Assembly (NCBI GenBank): GCA_032718475.1
Contig: JAUCBJ010005375.1
Span: forward strand, 1 to 59,373
Direction of reading: 5' to 3'
Length of the DNA stretch: 59,373 nt
Source of the DNA: Nemertoderma westbladi
Lineage: Eukaryota > Animalia > Xenacoelomorpha
In this document: positions 48,900 through 59,373 of the stretch, piece by piece
How the letters are laid out: each line of letters opens with the position of its first letter
Numbering within the stretch: the stretch's first letter is position 1
Program-made: the position numbers and the translations under genes
Notes under the pieces: generated by a model
The model's input: the letters and a program-made list of their open reading frames with translations, nothing else
What the model was told of the DNA's origin: nothing
Database searches by the model: none

Positions 48900-51800
48900 C
48901 TACTACTACTACTAGGTCGAGCGAACTCTGACAGTGGAAATGAGATCCTTCCAGGCTTCCCGATTCTCCATAGTTGTCGCAATTTCGTTTCTCCTAAGTT
49001 CAGTATCCCTTTCAAGTTGATCTATATATGTTATGGCCGGTCGTCCACGACTATGCTTCCCATGAGTTGGTTGCCAGAAAAGTAGATCTGGTATGACCTC
49101 GTCTTTACTTCGCCAGCAGTGCCCACTGAATCTTAATCTGCGTTCACGGAGGGTGGTTGATACAGGTGGTATTGTACAATGCGTTTGTCATGTGTTGTCT
49201 CCAGCTGATGTTTAGGGCTGCCCTTAGTAGTCTTGTGTAGCAACCATCAATTCGTTGTTCAAGTGATTTAGTCAGTGTCCAGGTCTCACCCCCATATAAA
49301 AATACACTTTCCACTGTGGCTCGAAAGAACTTAGTCTTCAGGTGCCGTGAGAGATCTGATTTCCAGATGGTATCCATTTTTGATAGAGCTACCCAAGCCT
49401 TTGCTTTCCTAACTTCTATGTCCTTTTTGCTATTCTCTATCCATGATCCAAGGTACTGGAAGTCATCGACCTTCCTTAGTTGATTATTATCAATGGTTGT
49501 CAAGTTTCCATCAACATTAAAGGTCATGAATTCGGTCTTTGTAGCATTTATATGCAATCCAACCTCCTTAGCAGCCCTCTCCACTTTATTTAGTAGAAGC
49601 TGTGCATCTGCTAGGGTATTAGAGAGCAGGGCGATGTCATCCGCAAAGTCGGTGTCTGTGACTGTAGTTGCCGGATATCTACTACTTCTGCGTTCTTGAA
49701 GTGTGAATCCCAGGTCTTCACCCTTTGTGGCCGTCCTCATTGCGTAATCCAGCACAATTACAAATAGTATTGGTGCTAATGTGTCACCTTGCAGTACGCC
49801 AGCCAGGATTGAGAAAAACTCAGTTTCACCATCTGGTGAGAGTACCTGCGCTTCTGTGTCACAATATAACAATCCAATGCCAGCAACAATTACTTCTGGT
49901 ATTCCATAAGCTCTTAGGATTTCAAGCATTTTACCTCTATGGATGGAGTCGAATGCCTTCTTGAAGTCCACAAAAGTCATGACAGCGGGGAGATTCTTTG
50001 ACTTAATTCCTTCAATCAGCCTCCGTAGTGCAAGTATCTGAGCTATTGTTGATCTACTTGGTCGAAATCCGTTTTGGCTCTTACGCAGTAGTTTCTCTAT
50101 GTGAGGCCTAATCCTATATAGAATCATTTTATTGTATATTTTGGCAGCTACTGTACCACAAGCAGACAGATCCCATGATAGTTTGTTGGTATGTCGAGGT
50201 CTCCTTTCTTGGGGAGAGGCTTTAGTTGACCTTTAGTCCAAATTGGTGGTGGCTTTTCCCCTTTTAACATCCGGTTGCAAACATTCAGTAATGGTCTGTT
50301 TAGCACTCCGGTTTTCCATACCTCCGCTGGGATTTCATCTAATCCACTCGCTTTATTATTGGACATGCTTTTAATGCTTCTTTGGAGTTCGGCAGGTGTG
50401 AAGTCCCCTGTTTCTATAGGTAGTGTCTTGTCATATATTTTCCTTGTAGGGCTGACCTCGATGTTGGGTGGCTGCCGAAGCAAGTTGCTGAAGTGATTTT
50501 TCCACTTCCCAACACGTTCTTCAGGACTATCGGCTTTGAGGCACCCCTTTGCACAACTTTTCCGACCAGATACCTCATTTACAGTTTGCCAGGTAAGTCT
50601 TGATTGTTGCTGTATGTGAGCAGTTGTAATTGCTTCAGTTTTATCCTGTATGTACTTTTCCTGGCTGATGTTGTAGGCCAATTTAAGATCTTCCTTAGCT
50701 TTCTCAACCTTGTTAATGCTTTCTGTTGTTGGTTGTTTGGTTTTAACTTTGTAGGCTATCTTAAGACCTTCTCTCTTACAAGTAACCTCAGAGTTTTGCC
50801 ATGGCACATATTGTTTTCGTTTGGGTTTCTGGGGGATATGCCTCTTAGCTGATTCCTTGTGGGCTGTTATTATATTCTGGAATATTGAATTGGTGGATTG
50901 GTCTTCATCCATTGACTGAAGTGCTTCAAAGCGGTTTTGAACTTCTACTGTATAAGCATCCTTTACAGCATTGTCAGTTCTAAGTTTTTCCCAGTCATAA
51001 TTGATTTGCTTGCTTGTCCTGGGTTTGCTGGCTCTCAAACTGATCTGATCTCTGCAGTCATAATTCTGTGGTCCGAACCAATTAGGTTGAACGAGCTGTA
51101 TACCTCGCAGTTGATCATGCTGTTTCTCCACTTTTTGTTTATGAGGATGTAATCCAGTTGTGCTTTGGTTCCATTAGGGTATTGAAAGGTCCATAGCTTC
51201 CCCTTACTCTTTTCGAATGTGTTGTTTGTTGGTATCAATTCACATTCTTCCATTAGGTCTAAAAGTAAGTACCCATTTCTGTTAGAACTGGTGTTATAGG
51301 TGTAACCCTTGATGTCTTCTGGGCCAATTTGGGCATTCAGGTCACCAGCAATGACTTTAACATTGTGTTTCGGAATGTCCTTTATAAGTCCAGTCAGTTC
51401 TTCATAAAACTTGACTGCTTGTTCTGGCTCTGAGGCATTGGTTGGACTGTAGCAACATATAACTGTTGCCTTGGGATTCCCATCAAATGTTGCGATCATA
51501 ACCCTGGAATTTATAGATTCGATGTTGTTTAGGGTCTTAAGTGCAAATGGGCTTAGCAGAATTCCTACTCCACCAATTGATGCATTGGCCGAGTTTCTTA
51601 CTGCTGAGCTTGTTACTAACGTCCATCCATTTCCAATGTCATTGAACTTCATGGCAGTGTCTTCATGACAAATCCGATGTTCTTGGATGCAGATGATGTC
51701 GATGTTATATTCCATTGCCAGAGCGACCATGTCACCCTGTTTGGTATGTGCTTTCAGCGTTCGTGCGTTCATTGTAGCAATCTTTAGTTTCTTTTTACAT

Positions 51801-52369
51801 TTCAACAGGTTGGTTCTTCTTTCTTCTCGGTCTTCTGTTCCAGTAGTCAATTTATCGACCCCAGCCTGGTGTACCACTGGGGGACGCGGTCCTTGTTGAC
51901 CCGGGCGACGACCGAGCCGGTATTTCTCCTGGAGGGTTCTCATGCTCATATCTTTCAGTTGCAGGAGTAAACCGCTTGTGGTCGCAACTCCTACAAGCGT
52001 CTTCGCAATAGATCGCCGTTGGTTGATTACCTTCCGCCGACCTTTTCAGCATGTCTAGCCGTTGGTTGATTACCTTCCGCCTATCCATGGCCTACAGCCC
52101 TGCTGCCGACTGTAGGGGTCCTTTTGTTACACCCTGAACCACGTGTGCCTCCTGGGTTAGGTTACCTAACACTGGTAGAGGAGCATCCAGTATAGACAGG
52201 GCGGGGCTTGTATCATCTCTAATGCTGATGTGTATCAAGCCTTTGCCTTCAATGGTGCCCTAGGCGCTATAGCCCTCAATGACTTATTTAGTTGACGGGG
52301 CTGAACCAACCCACTCTTGATCAACTAAAAAATGAATAGGCTATGCTTATCGGGCCTGTCCTACTGGGC
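48900..52369 (-). mobile_element. Full-length single-ORF APE-RT LINE (RTE-type), ORF disrupted
   Basis: APE domain (IATMNARTL, ICIQEHR, YSPT, AGDLNA, QLDYIL, SDHR) in 51035-51949; linker 50148-51131; RT (QNGFR, FVDFKKAFDSI, GVLQGDTLAPILF, FADD) in 49144-50127. (TAG)n tail; 14-bp TSD TTTTTTAAATACTA at 48886-48899 and 52370-52383. Confidence 0.93.
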
Positions 52370-52688
52370 TTTTTTAAATACTAGCTATTTTGAATTCTAA
52401 AAATTTCAAGCTATATGTTCTAGAACATTATATTTTTTATTTTATTTATGTTCTAGAATAGTTGAATAACATTTAAATGGTGTTCTAGAACTCTCCATGT
52501 TTGTCATAGTAACAATTATATATGTTTAAAGTGTAATGGCATACGGGACCGTTACCGAATAGACAATATGTTTTAGAATATTTTTTTAAGTATCAAAAAC
52601 TAGCTAGTATAAAAAATTTGGTGGGTGGTGTGCCCAACACACATTAGTACCGGTGCCCTATTTCTATTTTGTTCTTGAACTAATCGTT

Positions 52689-52702
52689 GTTGCCATAGTA
52701 AC
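52689..52702. promoter_or_regulatory. RFX X-box upstream of FReD copy B
   Basis: GTTGCCATAGTAAC, about 153 bp upstream of the ATG at 52855; exact inverse of the copy A site. Confidence 0.6.
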
Positions 52703-52854
52703 AATGATTAAGGTTAAAAAAATATAGTGCTATATGGAACCGTTGCCATTAATTAATAATTTAATATACAAATCATAGCTATAAAAAGTGTTTGCGTTCT
52801 GTACATAATACTATTACTACCAATACATAATACAGTTAAATGATATGGGTCTGT

Positions 52855-53895
52855 ATGGCTAACTTGACTGACTCAACGGAGTATTTTTCGACTGTAGATC
52901 AAGAATGCAATATCGAAATCGACGTACCAGCACCAAAGGAGACCGCGGAGGCGGAAGAAAACACACATCCGGATAACGCACCCGTTCATCGAAACAGACG
53001 TCGTTCTCTACGCCAGCTTTTGCGCGATCCTAACATTCAACTTAAACTTGCACTAGGGGGTGTTCCGTCTCTTATTACTTTGATTATTATTGTGATGGTA
53101 TTACTGCATACTCTAAATCCAGGACTTGTAGTGAGCTCGGTCGCAGATCCAGATCCAGCAGATAAAAAAAACACATCATGTAACAACAGCATAAATCCCT
53201 GTTTCGAAAAAGATTCCGGTGTTCAGGACATTTCCAAAAAGTGGGGTTTACTAGACTCCGGTCAAATCCGGTGCGACAAGGATAACGGAGGCCCATGGTT
53301 GGTGTTTCAGCTAAGAGATAAAGGAGAGAAATCCAATGCATTTAATAAGGAATTCGATGAATATGTTGAAGGATTTGGTGTGCTAAGTGGGCGTGGGGCC
53401 ACTAACGGGTTCTGGTTAGGTTTGTCTAAAATTTCTGGGCTTACTAACCTATGTGACGCTGTTCTGAGGATAGATTTATGGTTTCGATCGTCCTGCCATT
53501 GGACCCAAAAATGCCCAGACGAACACTATTACGTTGAATATTCAACTTTCAAGGTTTCCAACATCACTAGAGGAAAAGGAAACCCCGGTTTCATATTAAC
53601 AATCGGTGGATATTCCGGGAGCGGCGGCGATTCCATGAAAGATTTCAATGGTAATCCGTTTATCACAAAGGACATACCATCTAGTGTAAGTGGCAGCGAC
53701 CTTGCCAGAGATACATACTTTGGCGGGTGGTGGTACGGCAGTGAGAAACCAGTTTCAGGCGGCGTTCTAAATGCCGCCTTTGGTAATCCGCGATCGAAAA
53801 ATCTACGGTGGTTGAAGAAAGGTACATCGGAGCTCCTGCCATTTGCACCGAAGAAAATAGAAATGAAACTAAAATTTCGACCTTCAAACAAGTAA
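52855..53895 (+). CDS. Type II membrane FReD protein, copy B (inverted paralog of 47250-48311)
   Basis: Same TM and FReD motifs as copy A. Start set at 52855 (MANLTD) because the upstream ATG at 52840 is ATA in copy A. Confidence 0.88.
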   Translation: MANLTDSTEYFSTVDQECNIEIDVPAPKETAEAEENTHPDNAPVHRNRRRSLRQLLRDPNIQLKLALGGVPSLITLIIIVMVLLHTLNPGLVVSSVADPDPADKKNTSCNNSINPCFEKDSGVQDISKKWGLLDSGQIRCDKDNGGPWLVFQLRDKGEKSNAFNKEFDEYVEGFGVLSGRGATNGFWLGLSKISGLTNLCDAVLRIDLWFRSSCHWTQKCPDEHYYVEYSTFKVSNITRGKGNPGFILTIGGYSGSGGDSMKDFNGNPFITKDIPSSVSGSDLARDTYFGGWWYGSEKPVSGGVLNAAFGNPRSKNLRWLKKGTSELLPFAPKKIEMKLKFRPSNK

Positions 53896-53931
53896 TTATT
53901 CACTGATTAGTTCAAATAATAAGCATAAACT

Positions 53932-54707
53932 GGATAGTTATTTTTACAGAACACAAGCGAACACACCCGAACACACTCCAAAAACTACCGAACACAATCG
54001 AACACAGTCGAAAATAGAAAGAGCACAAAAAAATAATACCGGGTACCAACTTTTAGATAAAATTAGCCACGCGTTGCTTTTCTATAAGAAAATTTCCGAA
54101 ATTATTGAATAAAATTGTCGCGAAATTAAATATTCATTTCTTATCAGGTAGGCCTATCATTTGTTGTGTACTGCTGTACTGTATAACAAACTATGTAGGG
54201 AAGCCTACCGGGTACCGCACGCGCACCTGTCTCATATATAGTAATAGCGGGTTAGCGTTAGCTAATAGGCCTGTTTGCCTGTGTACTGGAATAGCTTGGT
54301 CTGGGACTGATTGCTGAGGAGGATATGAATTAGGAAGTTAGGCCCGTTACCGTATGTACTGTACATGACGTACGGTACAACATAGGTACCGGTACCTACC
54401 TGCCTACTACTGCAGTACTGCACCGGAATATAAAGAGCTGGGTCCCGGTTACGTACCTACCCTGACAGGTACCGGTAGGGATCTGATCTGACCTGACTTA
54501 CCCTAGGCTAGGCCTGATCTGATAAGAAATGAATATTTAATTTCGCGACAATTTTATTCAATAATTTCGGGAATTTTCTTATAGGAAAGTTGGTACCCGG
54601 TGTTATTTTTTTGTGCTCTTTCTATTTTCGACTGTGTTCGGCAGTTTTTGGAGTATGTTTGGGTGTGTTCTACTGTGTTCGCTTGTGTTCTGTAAAAAGA
54701 TCTATCC
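53932..54707. mobile_element. Mutator-like (MULE) MITE in the 3' flank of FReD copy B
   Basis: TIRs of about 200 bp (GGATAG...CTATCC); 9-bp TSD GCATAAACT at 53923-53931 and 54708-54716. The paralogous site beside copy A (about 47214-47222) is empty and has a single copy of the 9-mer. Confidence 0.9.
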
Positions 54708-55067
54708 GCATAAACTCTTGAACAGACTATCATAAATAAATGAACCGCATTTCATAATTTCATTTAATTATTCTATTGATTCATTCATTCATTTATTGCT
54801 TGTTCGTTTTATTATTTCATCATTATGCTATGACGATAGTATAAACTTGTACAATATACAGCATATTATATGTTTCACTGTAGTTGCCCAGCTTCTTATC
54901 AATATGATGAGATAAAAATGTTCTAGAATTATTATGTGTATGTCAATTTAACTTGAATAAGTCCCACATTGGTGGAGCGGTTAAATCCGTTGCTTGGAAT
55001 TCATTCACAGCTCACCGAAGGTCGTGCGTTCTTCAATATGCGAGCCTAGTAATAATATGGGAGCCCA

Positions 55068-55288
55068 ATAATATTTGTTTGCTCCTTCTAGCACCAAAGA
55101 CTAAACGTTTCTTGTTCCGCGTCTATTGTCGATGACAACCTCGACCAATACCTCGAATCTTCTTACTTCACGTTTTTGAGACTCTTCCAAATGAAAGGTG
55201 GGCGTCTTGATTCCCATAAAATGTCCTCTGTGAGCCTCAAAAAATTTCCTCAAAATAGCGGTTGTAATAACCGCGTCAGCTTAACCTG
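55068..55288 (-). pseudogene. Inverted, internally deleted DRC1 fragment
   Basis: 55068-55259 is the diverged reverse complement of about 43079-43270, and about 55258-55288 matches about 42779-42808 (AAGCTG.CGCGGTTATTACAACCGCT). Confidence 0.85.
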
Positions 55289-55547
55289 GCGGTAGCTCCG
55301 AAAAGCATGATCTATGCTCTTCAAGCAGTTTTTTTTAGCAGTTTCCATATATTTTAAGTATGCTGATTCCAAATCCGAGTGATGCCACTCGTGAAAGTTT
55401 GAGCATTTTTTTACTACTACTTAAAGTTAGCACCATAATAATTCTTCTACTGTGCGAGAAATGTTGAGTTGTCAATATATTTCCTATGATACTAGTATTT
55501 TTTTCTGGAACACAATACATTTTTGCTGATTTCTTTTGGTTATTTTA

Positions 55548-55868
55548 GGCCGCATTCCCTCTACCGAGTCAAAGTCAAAAGAACATAAATATAGCTAGCT
55601 AGCAATAATAAATAATAATACATTATATAGGCCTAATGTAATGCATAAGGGCATTATAGAAAAAATTTAATCTCATGTGATGTATTTTACATTTTGTCTT
55701 TTTACTTTGACTCGGTAGTGTGAACGCGGCCTTAGGCAGCGTTCACACTACCAAGTCAACGTCAAAAGACAAAATGTAAAACACATCACATGAAATATAA
55801 TTATTTCTAGTATGCACTTATGTATTATATTAGGCCTATATAATATATTATTATTTATTATTGCTATA
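55548..55868. mobile_element. PIF/Harbinger-like MITE (55548-55731) plus an adjacent inverted truncated copy (55735 to about 55868)
   Basis: TIRs GGCCGCATTCCCTCTACCGAGTCAAAG / CTTTGACTCGGTAGTGTGAACGCGGCC flanked by TTA on both sides; the second copy begins right after the shared TTA. Confidence 0.75.
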
Positions 55869-55887
55869 TAAATAATTAAAAATAATT

Positions 55888-57258
55888 CACCAGGACCCGT
55901 AATATAGTGTCAATTTCTGATGACACGGACCCCTAGATTTTTCTACAAATCTGTATCATATTGCTTGAACTTTGAAACACCACTAGTTCCACTAACCGTC
56001 GATGACCCCATGAAGCCGGAATTTTCGATTTATATTTTAAATTCTTTAAATTCTTTCAAATACATTCTTATACTATCATTCTTAAAAATCTTTAAACTCT
56101 TAAATTATTTAAAGCCTTTAATTGTTTTAATAAGCGTTTTAAAAAAGTGTCTTTTGCGAAATCGCACCCTCCGTGTCATGGCCATTCTTCACATTAGCCG
56201 TAATTTTTTCATATCATTAAAAAGCTCGCGTTGCAAGGATTCCAAATATGTAACAATATCTGAATTTCGTTGAGAAACAGCTGAGATATAGGCGTTCAAA
56301 GATTGCAAGAAGTATTGTTCGCTGAAGGCCATTTATTCCATTTAATAAATACACGATGTTCTGGAACATTTTGTTTAAGTAAAATAAATAATTATTAAAT
56401 ATAATCCAAACCAATGAAACTAAATCAATTAGCACAATAATTAATTAGTAAGGACGTCAGACAATAACATTTCACCAAAGTTCCACTCAACAGTTTCTCC
56501 ACCGCCGTTCCCCGTTCGTTCCACCAATCGCCACGCCTCGTTTGCCCCGCCGCAATCACTGGCGCCTCCAGCCGAGGGTGCAGTCTGCCCTGTGGCGGGA
56601 GTGGCAGTGGGCGCAACTGCCGCGGAAGGTGTCGTCGCCGGCCCAGTCCTGACCGAATCCCACAGTCGGTTGGGTCTTCATATCGGCGTGGTTCCCCTCA
56701 ATCCGGACCCTTCCCCGAATCCGAGTCCGCGCCAGGAACGCCGTCCACCTACGTTTTTTTTCCTACGTCTATGTTTTGTTTAAGTATGAATAGCTACGCA
56801 ATAGATATATTGGGTAGGAATACCGCTGTTGCCAACCAACTTATAAAATAAATAACACATTCTTCTATAATTTTGTGTATTTATTAAATAGAATAAATGG
56901 CCAGCAGCGAACGATAATTCTTGCAATATTTGAACGCCAATATCTCAACTGTTTCTCAACGAAATTCAGATATTGTTACATATTTGGAATCCTTGCAACG
57001 CAAGCTTTTTAATATGAAAAAAAATTACTACTAATGTGAAGAATGACAATGATACAGAGGGTGCGATTTCGCAAAAGAAACAAAACGCCTATAAAAAAAT
57101 TTAAAGGCAAAATCGAAAATTCCGGCTTCATGGGGTCATCGATGGTGAGTGGAACTAGTGGTGTTTCAAATGTCAAGCAATATGATAAAGATTTGTAGAA
57201 AAATCTAGGGGGGGGGGGTCCGTGTCATCAGAAAATGACACTATTACGGGACATGGTG
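55888..57258. mobile_element. Foldback non-autonomous DNA element with long TIRs (about 400-470 bp) and a GC-rich core
   Basis: CACCAGGACCCGTAAT...GGCCATTTATTCCATTTAATAAATACAC is mirrored by GTGTATTTATTAAATAGAATAAATGGCC...ATTACGGGACATGGTG; TSD not resolved. Confidence 0.85.
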
Positions 57259-57978
57259 AAATATAATAAATACTAAAATCTGCGGAAAAATAGAGACAGG
57301 AAAGAAGTTAAGAGCTCTTAATTAGCTAACAATTTAGTTTGCCTTTGTAAGGCTCTCCTCTCACTGTCACCAAATTGTTGCGATTTATTTCAAGTTTATT
57401 AAATTCGATTGTTGCCGTTTACCCTTCGTGATATTCCAGAACTCAGCCATGTCGGCTTCACAACGGTCTATCAGTTTATGTTCAGACTATCGAATCTAAT
57501 ATTGTTAAAAAGTATAATCAACTTCTGATTTCAGATACAAAGTGGCATGCGGTTTATTTAATTCATATAAACCCTCGTAATTAAGTTATTTATTATTCTG
57601 TTAATCTGACGAAGGGTGATTGAGAGTTGTCTCAATACCAGTGCAAACTCCAGTGCAAAACTCCAGCCCTCCAAAAAGTCGTGCAATAATGGTGCATTGG
57701 ATTCGAGGGTAATCCTGATGTTATATGAAATGACACTAACTGATTCATTTAATGCCAAAATGTTTACAATAGAAATGATTGAGATGTAATTTATACATTT
57801 GGGATGTTCTATATGTCAATAAATTATCAGTGGCATAATTAATTTACATCTTGAATATCTACATTCCGGACTCTAATACTCGAACAAGCGCGAAATCGCT
57901 AAAAGGTCCGCGTCACCTAATGCAGGAACTGTCTCCTCCGTGAATGGCTTACTACCAATCCTACTATCAAAAAAATTA

Positions 57979-58050
57979 ACCGGAGAGTGGGATTGAACTT
58001 GGTACCTTGAGATTACAAGTCTAACGCTCTACCAACTTCGACACTGCGCC
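57979..58050 (-). mobile_element. tRNA-derived SINE head
   Basis: Minus strand reads GGCGCAGTGTCGAAGTTGGTAGAGCGTTAGACTTGTAATCTCAAGGTACCAAGTTCAATCCCAC, with degenerate A and B boxes similar to 77-149. Confidence 0.55.
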
Positions 58051-58707
58051 GTATGAAGCTTTAAAATACTAACAGCTAACTTCAAATATTTAATGTTTCT
58101 GGTTGACGTCGAGCGTGGCGTAAGCATAATTAAATTCAGGTATACTCCGGGGGTGGAGAATCTGTTGGGGGTGTAGAGGGTCTTGCCACGAGGTGTAAAA
58201 ATAATTAAATGTTACCGTATGCGCATTTCACCCGTTGCGGGCGTCCTCAGCGGTTCATTGTTATAATATAAACATTAAAAATAGATCAATTTAAATAAAA
58301 TGGTAGGACTACCGACATAACCTAAGAACATGTACACGTGAAATGGTGGTGCAGCATAACTGGAGAAACAGATTAAAGATAGATTAAGTTATTATAATTC
58401 AGTAATTATATGTAATTATTATGTACCACAGTGGTAAATCAGGAGGTCTGCAGGTTGTTGGTTGGGGTAGCAGTCTGCATGTGGGCGGGCTGCCTGTGGC
58501 TGTTTGGTCACTACCGGTATCAAGGATGCGGGCTGACGAGCTGCTGCAGACAAGGGGGGGTTAGGGCCTAACGCAAACATACAGTAGGTCAATAGAACTA
58601 AAGGGTAGAGGATCATACGCACATGAATGGGGGGGGGGGGGGGGGGGGAAGGGTGTGCGGGTAGAGGATAGTAGTTATAAACATATCACTCAAAATTCAA
58701 CCTACTA

Positions 58708-58815
58708 TAGTTCAAATACTAAAGTGCTGTAGTTCAAATACTAAAAATACTGTAGTTCAAATACTAAAAATACTGTAGTTCAAATACTAAAAATACTGTA
58801 GTTCAAATACTAAAT
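58708..58815. repeat. 23-bp tandem repeat (TAGTTCAAATACTAAAAATACTG)n, 4-5 copies
   Basis: Read directly. Confidence 0.85.
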
Positions 58816-59373
58816 ATACAGTCAGATACTCATGTTGGTGAGTGCAATCGAAAAAATTAAGATACTAGGAAAGAGTTGATACTTATTGGGATATTGTTTG
58901 AGAGTGGGGTGCATCAAAATAAATATAGGTATAGGATGGCGATAAGCGCGCTAAGGTTACTAGCTGAAAATGGGCATAACATACAGTATGTGTGTGGTGG
59001 TCCAAAGAAGGACAATATAAATAAACTAACAAATATGAGGTATGAATTAGGTTGTCAGATAAAGTTAGCACCATAGGTTGAATTTGAATAAGTTTGAAAG
59101 CCGGCTAAAATACTTACGTTTATAAAATTATAATTGGTGAGTACAACTATACCAATAATTAAGAGAATATTAAGCACCAAAAAGGTTAAAAAATCTAACG
59201 GGGGTTTATTATACTAAAATGAACATTGTAATGCAGTTTATAAAATTATTATTGGTGAGTACAATTATTGAAATAATTAATTGAACCAAACTTAGTAGGT
59301 AAGTAGTAGAGAGAAAGTTTAGAAAGTTTGTAAAGTTTGGTGAAAAATCATGCAGTCTGACGTCAGCTACGAC

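Noticed and set aside
47250-53895. Diversity-generating retroelement (RT between two variable ligand-binding repeats)
   Set aside because: The RT is an ordinary APE-LINE with its own TSD and other copies in the window. Differences between the FReDs include non-adenine changes and indels, and both copies are full genes rather than template and variable repeats.
25988-53895. Functional coupling of CASD1 (O-acetylation) with FIBCD1-like acetyl-binding FReDs
   Set aside because: They are about 19 kb apart with unrelated genes between, and the FReDs lack the canonical acetyl/Ca-binding motif.

Overview
This is eukaryotic DNA from an invertebrate animal with motile cilia, AT-rich and repeat-dense. 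It holds the last two exons of DYNC2H1, single-exon genes for pyroglutamyl-peptidase I, CASD1, enolase and DRC1, and a head-to-head inverted pair of type II membrane fibrinogen-domain (FReD) genes. Mobile DNA includes a 12.5 kb BEL/Pao LTR retrotransposon (LTRs about 99% identical, TCCTC target duplication, intact gag-protease, RT and integrase deleted), a full-length but disrupted RTE-type LINE with fragments, several MITE/foldback elements, tRNA-derived SINE heads and long minisatellites. Two signals stand out. (1) The BEL/Pao element has no tRNA primer-binding site; the 12 nt right after its 5' LTR are perfectly complementary to a 12-mer inside the LTR, the geometry of Tf1-type self-priming. 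(2) The two FReD paralogs are almost identical except for clustered amino-acid-changing substitutions and in-frame indels in predicted surface loops, and each has an RFX X-box upstream, suggesting a diversifying recognition receptor of ciliated cells. All homology calls are from motif recognition by eye; no searches were run.
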